Shown here: positions 9,174 to 19,483 of the stretch, one piece after another
How the letters are laid out: each line of letters starts with the position of its first letter
Position numbering within the stretch: position 1 is the first letter of the stretch
Origin: Bacteroidota bacterium
GTDB taxonomy: Bacteria > Bacteroidota > Bacteroidia > AKYH767-A > OLB10
Length of the DNA stretch: 57,367 bases
Direction: 5' to 3'
Assembly: GCA_947453935.1 (NCBI GenBank)
Contig: CANGJU010000004.1
Coordinates: 1 to 57,367, forward strand
The notes under the pieces: generated by a model
What the model saw: only the letters and a program-made list of their open reading frames with translations
Told to the model about the DNA's origin: nothing
The model's database searches: none
Program-made: the position numbers and the translations under genes

Positions 9174-12100
9174 ATGAAAATGCTTCGATATAAGATCTTA
9201 TTTAGCCTTGTGGTATTGGCTGGATGGTCCGCGTCTACATTCGCGAAGATGAATGTAGGAGGGAAAGCAGCACATGCACCTGTTCGCAATACAAAAGTTG
9301 CGGCTAGCTGTCCTGTTACTTCCTCACAAATTGATCTGGATATTAACCAGGTTCGTGCTCGTGTTTTAGTCGGTGGTGACCTTTGGTGGGATCCAGTTGG
9401 TCAAACACCTTACTATGAAGTTCCAATTGGAAGTGGAAAGAATTCAATTTATTCAGGAGCGCTTTGGATTGGTGGTTTTGATCAAGCTGGTCAGTTAAAA
9501 GTGGCTGCTCAAACTTATCGTCAAGGTGGTTCAAATGATTTTTGGGGTGGACCAATAGATACAGCTTCAGGTTCCCCTTCAATTGATAATGCAACTTGTG
9601 ATGCGTATGATAAATTTTGGCCAATCAGCCGTAAAGAAGTTACTGATTTTGTTGCTACCGGAACTGCTACAAACGAAATTAAAACTTGGCCAGGTAACGG
9701 TGATATCGCCAAAGGTGAATTGCCGACATTAGCACCATTCTTTGATGCTGATAATGATGGGGTTTATAACTATGAAAATGGTGATTATCCTTATTTCTTA
9801 TTAGCAGGTGACTATCCAGCAAATCCAAATACGGGTAAAGTAGAGTGTAACGATTACTTGTTTGGTGATAAATCAATCTGGTGGGTATTCAATGATGTAG
9901 GTAACATTAAAACAGAAACTAGTTCAGATCCTATCGGATTAGAAATTCGTGCACAGGCTTTCGCATTTAAGACTGCAAACGAAATTAACTTCATGACGTT
10001 CTATAAATATCAAATCATTAATCGTTCAAGTGATGAATTAGATTCAACTTATTTTGGTGTATGGTGTGATCCAGATTTAGGAAATGCTGCTGATGACTTA
10101 GTAGGTTGTGATGTAGGCTTAGGTTTAGGTTATGTATATAACGGAGATCCAGACGATGAAGGTGGTGGTGGTTATGGATTAAATCCTCCTTCAGTTGGTA
10201 TTGATTTCTTCCAAGGACCATTAGCAGATCCAGGTGATGGAATAGACAACAATCGTGATGGTGAAATTGATGAAATTGGAGAGCAAATTATTATGTCACG
10301 TTTCGTTTACTATGTAAACACCAATAGTGTTCCCAACGGAAATCCAAATACAACGGATGACTACTATGAGTATTTATCAGGTAGCTGGTTAGATGGTTTA
10401 CCAATTACTTATGGTGGCGATGGACGTGGAGGCGCTTCTGGTGCAACTGCAACTCCTTGTAATTTCATGTTCCCAGACAATACAGATCCGAATTTTTCTA
10501 CGCCATGGACAATGGTAACAGCAAATATTCAACCTGACGATATGCGTTGGTTACAATCTGCTGGAACATTTACATTACAACCAGGGGCAGTAAATTATAT
10601 TACAACAGGTGTTATCTGGCAGCGTACTACTGCTGGTGGTCCTTTAGCTTCTGTTTCATTATTAAAGTTAGCTGACCAAAAAGCTCAAGCTATTTTTGAT
10701 AACTGTTTCAAAATCTTAGATGGTCCTGATGCACCAGATTTAGCTATCCGTGAAGACGATAGAAAATTGATTTTATCACTAGAAAATGTAGCAACTAAGA
10801 AAGTTGAATTATACAACGAAGTTGATGCGGTAATCCCGAAAGCAGTACAAAATGCAACAGGTGGTTTCGATACATTAACAGATGCTGAAAGATCGTATAC
10901 ATTCCAAGGATACAAAATTTATCAGGTTGCTGATGAGACAGTATCTGATGCAGATGTGAATGATATTGCTAAAGCGAAACTAATTGCACAAGTAGACTTA
11001 AAAGACAATATTGGTCAGATTGTGAATTATGAATATGATAATAATATTTCTGCTTGGGTACCTTCGGAAAAAACAACTGTGGTTAATAATGGATTACAAC
11101 ATTCATTCATTATTACCAAAGATTTATTCTCACAAAAGGACCTTGTAAACTATAAGCCTTACTATTTCTTAGTAGTTTCTTATGCTTACAACAATTATCG
11201 TCCGTTTGATCCATTAAACGCAAATACGCAGAACAGACCATATGTTCAAGGTCGTAACAACATCGGAACATATAGTGGAATTCCTCATAAGTCTGTGGTT
11301 AATAATGCAGGTTCTGTATTGAATTCAGCTTATGGTCAAGGGGTACAAGTGAAGCGTATCGAAGGTCAGGGTAACGGAGGGAATTTCCTTGAAATGACAC
11401 AAGCTTCTGTTGATGAAATTTTTACTGGTACAACTAACAGTGTTCAAAATCCTGTTTACGAAGTAGGTAAAGGTCCAATCAATGTTAGTGTTTACGATCC
11501 TTGGGCTGTTAAGTCTGGTTCATTTGAATTAGCATTCAGCGGGGTAAGTGATGCAGATTATTATTATTTATATAACAATCCTTCACAGTATGTTGGTATC
11601 AATGATATCACAGCTAACGGTACAACTGTAACACTTATTACTTCGGGTAATTCAGGCATTACAGCTGGTACATATATCACGTTAAGTAATGTACAAGGAA
11701 TTACATCTACTCCTTCAATTAATGGATCGTTTGAAGTTCAATATGCAAATGCAGATACATTGAAGTTTACTACAACAACATTTACAGGAACATTCACTAC
11801 TGGTTCAAATGCTCAATTGCGTAGTTCATTAGCTCGTTCTACATTTAGTATTTCTAGCATTAATGAGCAGTTATATGAGAAGAATAAAATCTCGATGAAC
11901 ATTTCTAAAATCAATGGTCAGGAACCAGGAAATTTTGGAGCTGCTAATAATGGTTTAATTGGAGGTACAAAAACATATAAGAATGCTAGCGACCAATGGT
12001 TAGGTGGTATTAAAGATGTTGATGCTACGTCTATCTTAACCTCGACAACCAACTGGATTTTAAGTGGTACTCAAACAAACGTTGACTTATTGAATCCTTC

Positions 12101-13400
12101 ACCAAGTTATTTCTTGGATTCAACTGAAGCATACGAATCAATTCTTGAAGGAACATGGGCACCTTATATTGTTGCTAGTAATGCAAAAACTGTTGCTGCA
12201 CCTAAGCCATCAAGAACACCAGGAACAAGTAACTCATTAGACTTACGTTCTTTCATTAAGTGGAGCTATATGCCTTCGGTAGATGTAGTTATCACTTCTG
12301 ATAAATCAAAATGGACACGTGCGGTAGTAATGGAAATGGGAGAAGATACTATGCCAACTGTTGGTAATGCGAAGAAGTTCATGATGCGTAATCAGCATTC
12401 AGTAGATAAAAACGGTTTAGCTTGGGACGCTCCAGGAGCAAATGTTTCTGAAGCATCATTAACAGATACAGTAGGTATGGGTTGGTTCCCAGGATATGCA
12501 GTTAATGTTGAAACTGGAGAGCGTTTAAACATTGCTTTCGGTGAAAACTCTGCATTAGCAAATGAAAACGGAACAGATATGAAATGGAATCCTACAGGTA
12601 ATTCTGGAAGAGATGCCAATGGTCGTTTAAGCTATGGCGGTATGCATTATATTTACGTATACGGAATTGATACGATAGCAAGTACTCCTGCAGCACCTAC
12701 AGTTGGTAAATATGACAATGGTGCTAAGGTTGATACCCTATTTAGAAGATTTAGTAATGCGTATACAGCAACTGCTTCTGCGCCTTCTGCAAGAGCAGCA
12801 TTCAGAGCTATTACTTGGTGTTCATTACCATTAGTTAATGATGGATTTACTTATAATGAAAGTTCATCGTCAGATGTTAAAGTTAGCTTACGTGTTAAGA
12901 AAAACTATAAGCAGTTTACATCAGAAGGTGCAACTCAGGTTAACGGAGGAAACCCTTACTATCAATTTACGATTCCAGGATCTTATGAGTTAAGTACGAA
13001 CGTAACAGAAAAGGCTAAGACAGCATTAGATTATATCAATGTAGTTCCAAATCCTTATTACGCTTATTCAACTTACGAGAAAACTAGAAAAGATCAATTA
13101 GACAATCGTGTACGTATAATTAACTTGCCTTCTAAGTGTACAATTTCAATATATACTTTGAATGGAACATTGGTAAGACAATTCAAGCGTGATGTTTCTT
13201 CTGATGTGACTTCAGGACAAATAGTATCTGAAGGTCGTGATGAGAACTTAGCAACAACATTAGACTGGGATTTGAAAAACACAGCTGGTATCACGGTATC
13301 AAGTGGTGTTTATATTATTCACGTTGATGCAGGTGCATTAGGAGAAAAAGTTGTTAAATGGTTTGGTATAATGCGTCCAATTGACCTTGATTCTTTCTAA
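9174..13400 (+). CDS. Large T9SS-secreted protein (1408 aa) with C-terminal sorting domain
   Basis: Signal peptide; DxDxDG-type Ca-binding loops; C-terminal VVPNPY...TISIYTLNGTLVR...WDLKN.AG..VSSGVYIIHV resembling a T9SS CTD. Confidence 0.85.
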   Translation: MKMLRYKILFSLVVLAGWSASTFAKMNVGGKAAHAPVRNTKVAASCPVTSSQIDLDINQVRARVLVGGDLWWDPVGQTPYYEVPIGSGKNSIYSGALWIGGFDQAGQLKVAAQTYRQGGSNDFWGGPIDTASGSPSIDNATCDAYDKFWPISRKEVTDFVATGTATNEIKTWPGNGDIAKGELPTLAPFFDADNDGVYNYENGDYPYFLLAGDYPANPNTGKVECNDYLFGDKSIWWVFNDVGNIKTETSSDPIGLEIRAQAFAFKTANEINFMTFYKYQIINRSSDELDSTYFGVWCDPDLGNAADDLVGCDVGLGLGYVYNGDPDDEGGGGYGLNPPSVGIDFFQGPLADPGDGIDNNRDGEIDEIGEQIIMSRFVYYVNTNSVPNGNPNTTDDYYEYLSGSWLDGLPITYGGDGRGGASGATATPCNFMFPDNTDPNFSTPWTMVTANIQPDDMRWLQSAGTFTLQPGAVNYITTGVIWQRTTAGGPLASVSLLKLADQKAQAIFDNCFKILDGPDAPDLAIREDDRKLILSLENVATKKVELYNEVDAVIPKAVQNATGGFDTLTDAERSYTFQGYKIYQVADETVSDADVNDIAKAKLIAQVDLKDNIGQIVNYEYDNNISAWVPSEKTTVVNNGLQHSFIITKDLFSQKDLVNYKPYYFLVVSYAYNNYRPFDPLNANTQNRPYVQGRNNIGTYSGIPHKSVVNNAGSVLNSAYGQGVQVKRIEGQGNGGNFLEMTQASVDEIFTGTTNSVQNPVYEVGKGPINVSVYDPWAVKSGSFELAFSGVSDADYYYLYNNPSQYVGINDITANGTTVTLITSGNSGITAGTYITLSNVQGITSTPSINGSFEVQYANADTLKFTTTTFTGTFTTGSNAQLRSSLARSTFSISSINEQLYEKNKISMNISKINGQEPGNFGAANNGLIGGTKTYKNASDQWLGGIKDVDATSILTSTTNWILSGTQTNVDLLNPSPSYFLDSTEAYESILEGTWAPYIVASNAKTVAAPKPSRTPGTSNSLDLRSFIKWSYMPSVDVVITSDKSKWTRAVVMEMGEDTMPTVGNAKKFMMRNQHSVDKNGLAWDAPGANVSEASLTDTVGMGWFPGYAVNVETGERLNIAFGENSALANENGTDMKWNPTGNSGRDANGRLSYGGMHYIYVYGIDTIASTPAAPTVGKYDNGAKVDTLFRRFSNAYTATASAPSARAAFRAITWCSLPLVNDGFTYNESSSSDVKVSLRVKKNYKQFTSEGATQVNGGNPYYQFTIPGSYELSTNVTEKAKTALDYINVVPNPYYAYSTYEKTRKDQLDNRVRIINLPSKCTISIYTLNGTLVRQFKRDVSSDVTSGQIVSEGRDENLATTLDWDLKNTAGITVSSGVYIIHVDAGALGEKVVKWFGIMRPIDLDSF

Positions 13401-13433
13401 TACCTATCAATCCTAAAAAAGAAAAAAAGAGAT

Positions 13434-14498
13434 ATGAAGAAAATTCTAATATATATTTCAGTTGCAACAGTGGCGTTTTCTGCCATCAGTTCGCAAACTT
13501 TTGCTGGTAACGAAGATCGTGCTGGCCAGAGTGGTGCTCACGAGTTGCTTATTAACCCATGGGCTAAAAATTCAGGATGGGGTGTTGCAGGACTTGCTAA
13601 TGTAAGAGGTGTTGAATCATTTGGTTTAAACCCTGCATGTGCAGCCTATTCAAAAGGAACAGATATTTCCTTTTCACATACTGATTGGTTAAAAGGGTCA
13701 GACATTAAAATTAATGCTTTCGGTATTTCTCAAAAAGTTGGAGAAAGCGGAGCATTAGGATTAACATTAATGTCGATGAGCTTTGGAGAAATCCAACGTT
13801 TAACAGAATCAAATCCTGATGGTGGAAATGGTACTTACTCTCCCCAGTTCTTAAACATCGGTTTAACTTATGCGAAAGAGTTCAGTAATAGCATCAAAGG
13901 TGGTATTACAACTCATATCGTATCGGAATCAATTAATGATGTTAAGGCCCAAGGTATTGCAATTGATGCAGGTATTCAGTACACAACTGGTAATAATGCC
14001 GACCACGACAATGTTCGTTTCGGAATCGCATTAAGAAATGTTGGTACTCCTATGAAGTATCAAGGTGAAGGTTTGTCATACAGAAATGATAATGCAACTC
14101 AAAACATCAACGTTCTTCAAGAGCAACGTACTGAGAATTTTGAATTACCAGCGTTAGTGTCAATCGGTGCTGCTTATGATATCAAAGCAGGAACTGATTC
14201 TCGTATCACACCTTCTGTAGCATTTACGTCAAATTCGTTTATTCGTGATCAAATTGGAGTAGGTGTTGAATACGGCTTCAAAAATTCATTCGCAATTCGT
14301 GCAGCTTATACAATCGATAAGAAAGATAAGAATGCAATTATCGATGAAGATATCACTGCTTTAAAAGGATTAAGTGGTGGATTAACGTATGAAGTTCCAT
14401 TAGGAAAATCAGGGAAACGTTTCGGAGTTGATTACTCTTACCGTGCTACAAAAACGTTCGATGGAACACATTCTATCGGAGCGCATATCGCACTATAA
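13434..14498 (+). CDS. PorV/PorQ-family outer-membrane beta-barrel protein
   Basis: G..ELLINPWAK..GWG..G.A, NPA, SFSHTDWL, AIDAGIQY, FGIALRNVG, VDYSY motifs typical of PorV/FadL-like barrels. Confidence 0.85.
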   Translation: MKKILIYISVATVAFSAISSQTFAGNEDRAGQSGAHELLINPWAKNSGWGVAGLANVRGVESFGLNPACAAYSKGTDISFSHTDWLKGSDIKINAFGISQKVGESGALGLTLMSMSFGEIQRLTESNPDGGNGTYSPQFLNIGLTYAKEFSNSIKGGITTHIVSESINDVKAQGIAIDAGIQYTTGNNADHDNVRFGIALRNVGTPMKYQGEGLSYRNDNATQNINVLQEQRTENFELPALVSIGAAYDIKAGTDSRITPSVAFTSNSFIRDQIGVGVEYGFKNSFAIRAAYTIDKKDKNAIIDEDITALKGLSGGLTYEVPLGKSGKRFGVDYSYRATKTFDGTHSIGAHIAL

Positions 14499-14516
14499 TA
14501 ATCAATCAAAATAATT

Positions 14517-14546
14517 GGAAGACCTTCTCGGAAGAGGAGGTCTTCC
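14517..14546 (+). terminator. Hairpin/likely terminator ending the TBDR-cargo-PorV operon
   Basis: GGAAGACCTTCTC-ggaa-GAGGAGGTCTTCC stem with GNRA loop; weak U-tract. Confidence 0.6.
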
Positions 14547-14588
14547 TTGCTTTAATAACAGCAGCGTAAATTTTTTAATTTTAGTAAC

Positions 14589-15065
14589 ATGTCGAACATC
14601 ACTTATTTAACTGAAGAAGGTTTAAAAAAATTACAAGACGAATTAGCGCATTTGAAAAACGTCGAGCGACCAAGTATTTCTCGTCAGATAGCAGAGGCAC
14701 GTGACAAAGGTGATTTATCAGAAAATGCAGAATATGATGCAGCGAAAGATGCACAAGGATTGTTGGAGTTAAAGATTTCTAAAATGGAAGAGCTTCTTGC
14801 AAGCTCACGCTTAATTGATGAATCTAAATTAGATATTTCTAAAGTTTCTGTTTTATGTAAAGTTAAAATCAGAAATATGGCAAATAAGGCAGAGATGTCG
14901 TATATGCTCGTAGCTGAAAATGAGGCCGATTTAAAATCAGGAAAGATCTCTGTCGGTTCGCCAATTGGTAAAGGATTGTTAGGAAAAAAAGTAGGTGAAG
15001 TAGCTGAAATTACCACGCCAGCTGGCAAACTAAATTTCGAAATCCTTGATATATCACTAGGTTAA
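14589..15065 (+). CDS. greA: Transcription elongation factor GreA
   Basis: ARDKGDLSENAEYDAAK and ISVGSPIGKGLLGK motifs; 158 aa. Confidence 0.97.
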   Translation: MSNITYLTEEGLKKLQDELAHLKNVERPSISRQIAEARDKGDLSENAEYDAAKDAQGLLELKISKMEELLASSRLIDESKLDISKVSVLCKVKIRNMANKAEMSYMLVAENEADLKSGKISVGSPIGKGLLGKKVGEVAEITTPAGKLNFEILDISLG

Positions 15066-15469
15066 TGGCCAGTATATTTTCAAAGATTGTTGCAGGTGAA
15101 ATACCCTGCTATAAAATAGCCGAAGACGAAAACTTTTTGGCTTTTTTAGATATTATGCCTCTGGCAATTGGACACACATTGGTGATTCCTAAAAAAGAAA
15201 CGGATTATATTTTCGATATCCAAAGTGATGAGTATCTGCAATTATGGATGTTTGCGCAAAAAGTGGCAAAAGCAGTTGGTGCTGCCATTCCTTGTAAGCG
15301 GGTAGGCGTAGCCGTTATTGGACTTGAAGTTCCGCATGCTCACATTCATTTAGTGCCATTAAATAAAGTGAGTGATATTAATTTTGAGAGAAGTAAATTG
15401 TCGCCTACAAAAGAAGAAATGACCACTGCTTACGAAGCAATTTTAAAAGCTTATCAGTTTATTTCTTAA
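15065..15469 (+). CDS. HIT family nucleotide hydrolase
   Basis: SIFSKIVAGEIP N-terminus, GHTLVIPK, histidine triad HAHIH; TAATG overlap with greA. Confidence 0.95.
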   Translation: MASIFSKIVAGEIPCYKIAEDENFLAFLDIMPLAIGHTLVIPKKETDYIFDIQSDEYLQLWMFAQKVAKAVGAAIPCKRVGVAVIGLEVPHAHIHLVPLNKVSDINFERSKLSPTKEEMTTAYEAILKAYQFIS

Positions 15470-16064
15470 TTCGGTCGGGATTTTTATTGATAAATGCCGA
15501 CCATGAAGCCTTGCTTTTTTTAGCACTTGCCTTCTTGGTAGTTGTATTTGCAGTGGAACTGGTTTGTTGAAAGCCTTTCGTCTGAAAATAATGACAAACA
15601 GCAACCCCTAACGCATCTGTTGCATCCAGAAATTTCGGAGTCTCTTCAAATTTTAAAATTGTTTTAAGCATACTTGCAACTTGCTCTTTGCTAGCCGCAC
15701 CTTTACCTGTGATAGATTTTTTAATTGTCCTAGGACTATAACCATGTACCGGAAGATGATGATGCAATGCAGCAGAAATGGCTGCACCTTGTGCACGGCC
15801 CAGCTTTAACATTGATTGTATATTTTTTCCAAAGAATGGTTCTTCAATAGAAAATTCGTCGGGTTTGTATTCTTTGATTAATTTTTCAACGGTGTCAAAT
15901 ATTTCTTTGATACGAAGAAAGTGATCTTCTTTTTTGTCTAATGATAAAACTCCTGCCGAAATTAATTTCAAGTTATTACCTGTAATATGAATAATTCCAT
16001 AACCCATTACAACCGTTCCGGGGTCGATGCCTAAAATTACTTTGTCTGTTTTATTTGAGTTCAT
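15459..16064 (-). CDS. ruvC: Holliday junction resolvase RuvC
   Basis: ILGIDPG, IEEPF, KLGRAQG, ITGKGAASKEQV, DATDALGVA motifs. Confidence 0.96.
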   Translation of the reverse strand: MNSNKTDKVILGIDPGTVVMGYGIIHITGNNLKLISAGVLSLDKKEDHFLRIKEIFDTVEKLIKEYKPDEFSIEEPFFGKNIQSMLKLGRAQGAAISAALHHHLPVHGYSPRTIKKSITGKGAASKEQVASMLKTILKFEETPKFLDATDALGVAVCHYFQTKGFQQTSSTANTTTKKASAKKSKASWSAFINKNPDRIKK

Positions 16065-16589
16065 TTATTTCAACTGACGATAAATTTCCCAACACACCAC
16101 ACCAGCACAAACAGAAATATTGATAGAGTGTTTAGTGCCTGATTGAGGAATCTCAATGACACCATCACAAATATCAATTACACTTTGTTGCACACCATCC
16201 ATTTCATGTCCGAAGATAATTGCAAAAGGATTACCCGCCGCATCAAATTCATTTAACATACAACTTTGAGTTGCTTGTTCAACAGCATAAATTAAATAGC
16301 CTTGATTTCTCAGGTGCTGAACAGCGTCTTCTGTTTTTTCAAAATATTCCCAATCCACAGATTCAGTTGCTCCGAGTGCTGTTTTTGAAATTTCTTTGTG
16401 TGGAGGAGTGGAAGTTATACCGCAAAGAATTATTTTTGAAGTATTGAAAGCGTCTGCTGTTCGAAATACAGATCCAACATTCAGCGCACTTCGAACATTA
16501 TCCAAAATAATTACATAAGGAAGTTTATCCTGCTTTTTATAGTCCATTAAAGCAGGTCGATTGAGTTCATCATTTTTAAGCTTCTGCAC
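16065..16589 (-). CDS. TrmH/SpoU-family RNA 2'-O-methyltransferase
   Basis: LDNVRSALNVGSVFRTADAF, FGHE..GV, IPQSGTKHSINISV; GTG start. Confidence 0.92.
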   Translation of the reverse strand: MQKLKNDELNRPALMDYKKQDKLPYVIILDNVRSALNVGSVFRTADAFNTSKIILCGITSTPPHKEISKTALGATESVDWEYFEKTEDAVQHLRNQGYLIYAVEQATQSCMLNEFDAAGNPFAIIFGHEMDGVQQSVIDICDGVIEIPQSGTKHSINISVCAGVVCWEIYRQLK

Positions 16590-16607
16590 GATATTTTATC
16601 TTTACCA

Positions 16608-16615
16608 CAAAGTTA
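16608..16615 (-). promoter_or_regulatory. -7 promoter element (TAACTTTG) for the methylase-ruvC operon
   Basis: TAnnTTTG match in the short divergent intergenic region. Confidence 0.5.
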
Positions 16616-16618
16616 ACA

Positions 16619-19237
16619 ATGGCAGCGAAAGAAGAAACACCTTTAATGAAACAATATAACAGCATCAAGGCAAAATACCCTGATGCGCTTTTGTTATTTC
16701 GCGTGGGCGATTTTTATGAGACCTTTAATGAAGATGCTGTTAAAGCATCGAAGGTGTTGGGAATTGTTTTAACAAAGCGTAGTAATGGTGCAGCCTCTGA
16801 GATGGATTTGGCAGGATTTCCTCATCATTCTCTTGAAACCTATCTTCCTAAACTAGTGCGTGCAGGATTACGAGTAGCAATTTGTGATCAGTTGGAAGAT
16901 CCGAAGATGACCAAGACAATAGTTAAGCGTGGTGTAACTGAAGTTGTAACACCTGGGACTGCGTTTAGTGATAAAATTTTAGATCATAAGTCGAATAACT
17001 TTTTAGCGGCTGTTTATTTTCAATCAGAAAATTTAATTGGATTGTCCATTCTGGATGTATCAACGGGAGAATATTTTGCAGCCGAAGGATATTGGGAATA
17101 CATTGATAAATTGATTCAGAGTTTTTCTCCTACCGAAGTATTGGTTTCGCGCAAAGATCAGCAAGCATTAAAAGATCGTTTAGGCAATAAGTTTTATATC
17201 TATACGCTGGATGAGTGGGTTTTTCAGCAACCATACACAGAAGAGTTATTGTTAAAGCAGCTTAATACTACCTCTTTAAAAGGATTTGGTATTCAGGATT
17301 TAGTTGCAGCAACAATTGCGGCGGGTGCTGCATTGCATTATGTTCAGCAAACGCAACAGGTATCATTAAGTCATATAAAATCAATTGCACGTATAGACGA
17401 AGATCAATTTGTATGGCTCGATCGATTTACTATTCGTAATCTTGAAATTATTTCATCACCGCATGAAAAGGCAACGACCTTGTTGGATGTAATGGATCAT
17501 ACGGTATCGCCTATGGGCGCACGTTTGTTGCGCAGGTGGTTGTTGATGCCTTTGAAAAATATTCATGCAATTAATGAACGCCATGAAGTCGTATCAAGTT
17601 TTTTTGAGCAAGAAGATTTTAGTGGAAGGATTGAGCAGATATTAAAGTCGGTTGGAGATTTAGAGCGATTGTCTTCGCGAATTGCAATTAAAAAACTTAC
17701 TCCTCGCGAAGCAGTTCAGTTGAAAAGAGGCGTTGCATTATTATCACCTCTTAAAAACGAATTAGCTTCAAGCAATAATAAGGCTTTGCAAAAGATGGGA
17801 GATTTGATAAATCCCTGTGTGCAGCTTTTTAAAATGCTTGATGAATCAATTGCTGACGAAGCGCCTGCTGTTGCTGCTAAAGGAGGATTTATAAAAGACG
17901 GATATTCGTCGGAGTTAGATGCGTTGAGAAAAATTTCATCAGAAGGAAAAGATTATTTGCTGAAAATTCAACGCGAAGAAAGCGAGCGTACAGGAATTAC
18001 TTCGTTGAAGGTTGCTTACAACAACGTGTTTGGTTATTACATTGAAGTTACCAATGCGCATAAATCGAAGGTGCCTGAAGGCTGGATCAGAAAGCAAACA
18101 CTGACGAATGCAGAGCGATATATTACAGAAGAATTGAAAGTGTATGAAGAAACAATTTTAGGTGCAGAAGGGAAAATTCTTGATATTGAAATTAAACTGT
18201 ACGATGAAATATTGAATTCTACTATGTCGTACATTCAGGCCTTGCAGCAAAATGCTTATCAAATTGCGCAAGCCGACTGTTTACGTTCATTTGCAGAAGG
18301 TGCGAAAATTAATAATTACGTACGACCATCATTAAACGAAGGGCTGGTAATTAATATTAAGGAAGGACGACATCCAGTATTGGAAAAGCAATTGCCATTA
18401 GGAGAATCGTATATTCCTAATGATGTGTTCTTAGATAACGAATCGCAGCAGATTATTATGATTACGGGTCCTAATATGTCCGGTAAGTCTGCCATTCTTC
18501 GTCAGACAGCATTAATTGTTTTGATGGCACAGGTCGGCGCTTATGTGCCTGCATCAGTTGCAGAAATAGGCTGGGTTGATAAAATTTTTACCAGGGTAGG
18601 GGCGAGTGATAATTTATCGCAGGGTGAATCAACGTTCATGGTAGAGATGAATGAAACGGCCAGTATCCTTCATAATATTACCAATCGTAGTTTAGTACTG
18701 TTGGATGAAATTGGTCGTGGTACATCGACCTACGATGGGATATCAATTGCATGGGCTATCGCTGAGTATTTACATCAGCATCCTAAGTATAATCCTAAGA
18801 CATTATTTGCAACTCACTATCACGAGTTAAATGATATGGCTGCGAAGTTTAATAGAGTGAAGAATTATAATGTTTCCATAAAAGAGATGGGTAATACTAT
18901 TCTGTTTTTAAGGAAGTTAGTCCCAGGTGGAAGTGAACATAGCTTCGGGATTCATGTTGCACGTATGGCTGGTATGCCCATTCAGGTATTGAATAAGGCA
19001 GAGGAAGTATTGAAAAAGCTGGAATACAACCATGACTTGAAAAACGATGGTAAGTCAACAGCAATTAGTACGGAAACTGGAGAAATGCAGTTGAGTATAT
19101 TTCAGTTAGACGACCCGCTTTTGATGCAGATAAGAGATGAAATTGTTGATACAGACATCAATTCATTGACTCCTGTGGAGGCATTAATCAAGTTAAATGA
19201 AATTAAGAAGTTGATTTCTAAAGAAAAAGTAAAATAA
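16619..19237 (+). CDS. mutS: DNA mismatch repair protein MutS
   Basis: TPLMKQY, FRVGDFYE, TGPNMSGKS Walker A, DEIGRGTSTYDG, FATHYHEL. Confidence 0.98.
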   Translation: MAAKEETPLMKQYNSIKAKYPDALLLFRVGDFYETFNEDAVKASKVLGIVLTKRSNGAASEMDLAGFPHHSLETYLPKLVRAGLRVAICDQLEDPKMTKTIVKRGVTEVVTPGTAFSDKILDHKSNNFLAAVYFQSENLIGLSILDVSTGEYFAAEGYWEYIDKLIQSFSPTEVLVSRKDQQALKDRLGNKFYIYTLDEWVFQQPYTEELLLKQLNTTSLKGFGIQDLVAATIAAGAALHYVQQTQQVSLSHIKSIARIDEDQFVWLDRFTIRNLEIISSPHEKATTLLDVMDHTVSPMGARLLRRWLLMPLKNIHAINERHEVVSSFFEQEDFSGRIEQILKSVGDLERLSSRIAIKKLTPREAVQLKRGVALLSPLKNELASSNNKALQKMGDLINPCVQLFKMLDESIADEAPAVAAKGGFIKDGYSSELDALRKISSEGKDYLLKIQREESERTGITSLKVAYNNVFGYYIEVTNAHKSKVPEGWIRKQTLTNAERYITEELKVYEETILGAEGKILDIEIKLYDEILNSTMSYIQALQQNAYQIAQADCLRSFAEGAKINNYVRPSLNEGLVINIKEGRHPVLEKQLPLGESYIPNDVFLDNESQQIIMITGPNMSGKSAILRQTALIVLMAQVGAYVPASVAEIGWVDKIFTRVGASDNLSQGESTFMVEMNETASILHNITNRSLVLLDEIGRGTSTYDGISIAWAIAEYLHQHPKYNPKTLFATHYHELNDMAAKFNRVKNYNVSIKEMGNTILFLRKLVPGGSEHSFGIHVARMAGMPIQVLNKAEEVLKKLEYNHDLKNDGKSTAISTETGEMQLSIFQLDDPLLMQIRDEIVDTDINSLTPVEALIKLNEIKKLISKEKVK

Positions 19238-19273
19238 TTTGTCGAAAATTTGGTTTCAAACCGATTAAAAACT

Positions 19274-19281
19274 TAATTTTG
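19274..19281 (+). promoter_or_regulatory. -7 promoter element (TAATTTTG) for tRNA-Gly
   Basis: TAnnTTTG match with a TTTG at 19248-19251 upstream. Confidence 0.55.
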
Positions 19282-19343
19282 CGACCCGTTCAATAGGATT
19301 CATGTTGAACACGTTCTTAAAAATAAATTCTCAAAAGGAATAT

Positions 19344-19416
19344 GCGAAAGTAGCTCAGTTGGTAGAGCGCGACCTTGCCAAGGTCGAGGTCGCGGGTTCG
19401 ACCCCCGTCTTTCGCT
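19344..19416 (+). tRNA. trnG: tRNA-Gly (anticodon GCC)
   Basis: Cloverleaf: acceptor GCGAAAG/CTTTCGC, D-arm AGCTCAGTTGGTAGAGC, anticodon stem CGACC-ttGCCaa-GGTCG, T-loop GGTTCGA; CCA not encoded. Confidence 0.97.
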
Positions 19417-19420
19417 CAAG

Positions 19421-19441
19421 GCCTCCCTCAGGAGGCTTTTT
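19421..19441 (+). terminator. Intrinsic terminator/hairpin after tRNA-Gly
   Basis: GCCTCC-ctca-GGAGGC-TTTTT. Confidence 0.75.
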
Positions 19442-19483
19442 CATTCAGTTCTAAAATATTTCTTAGACCGATGTCTTGGAAAT

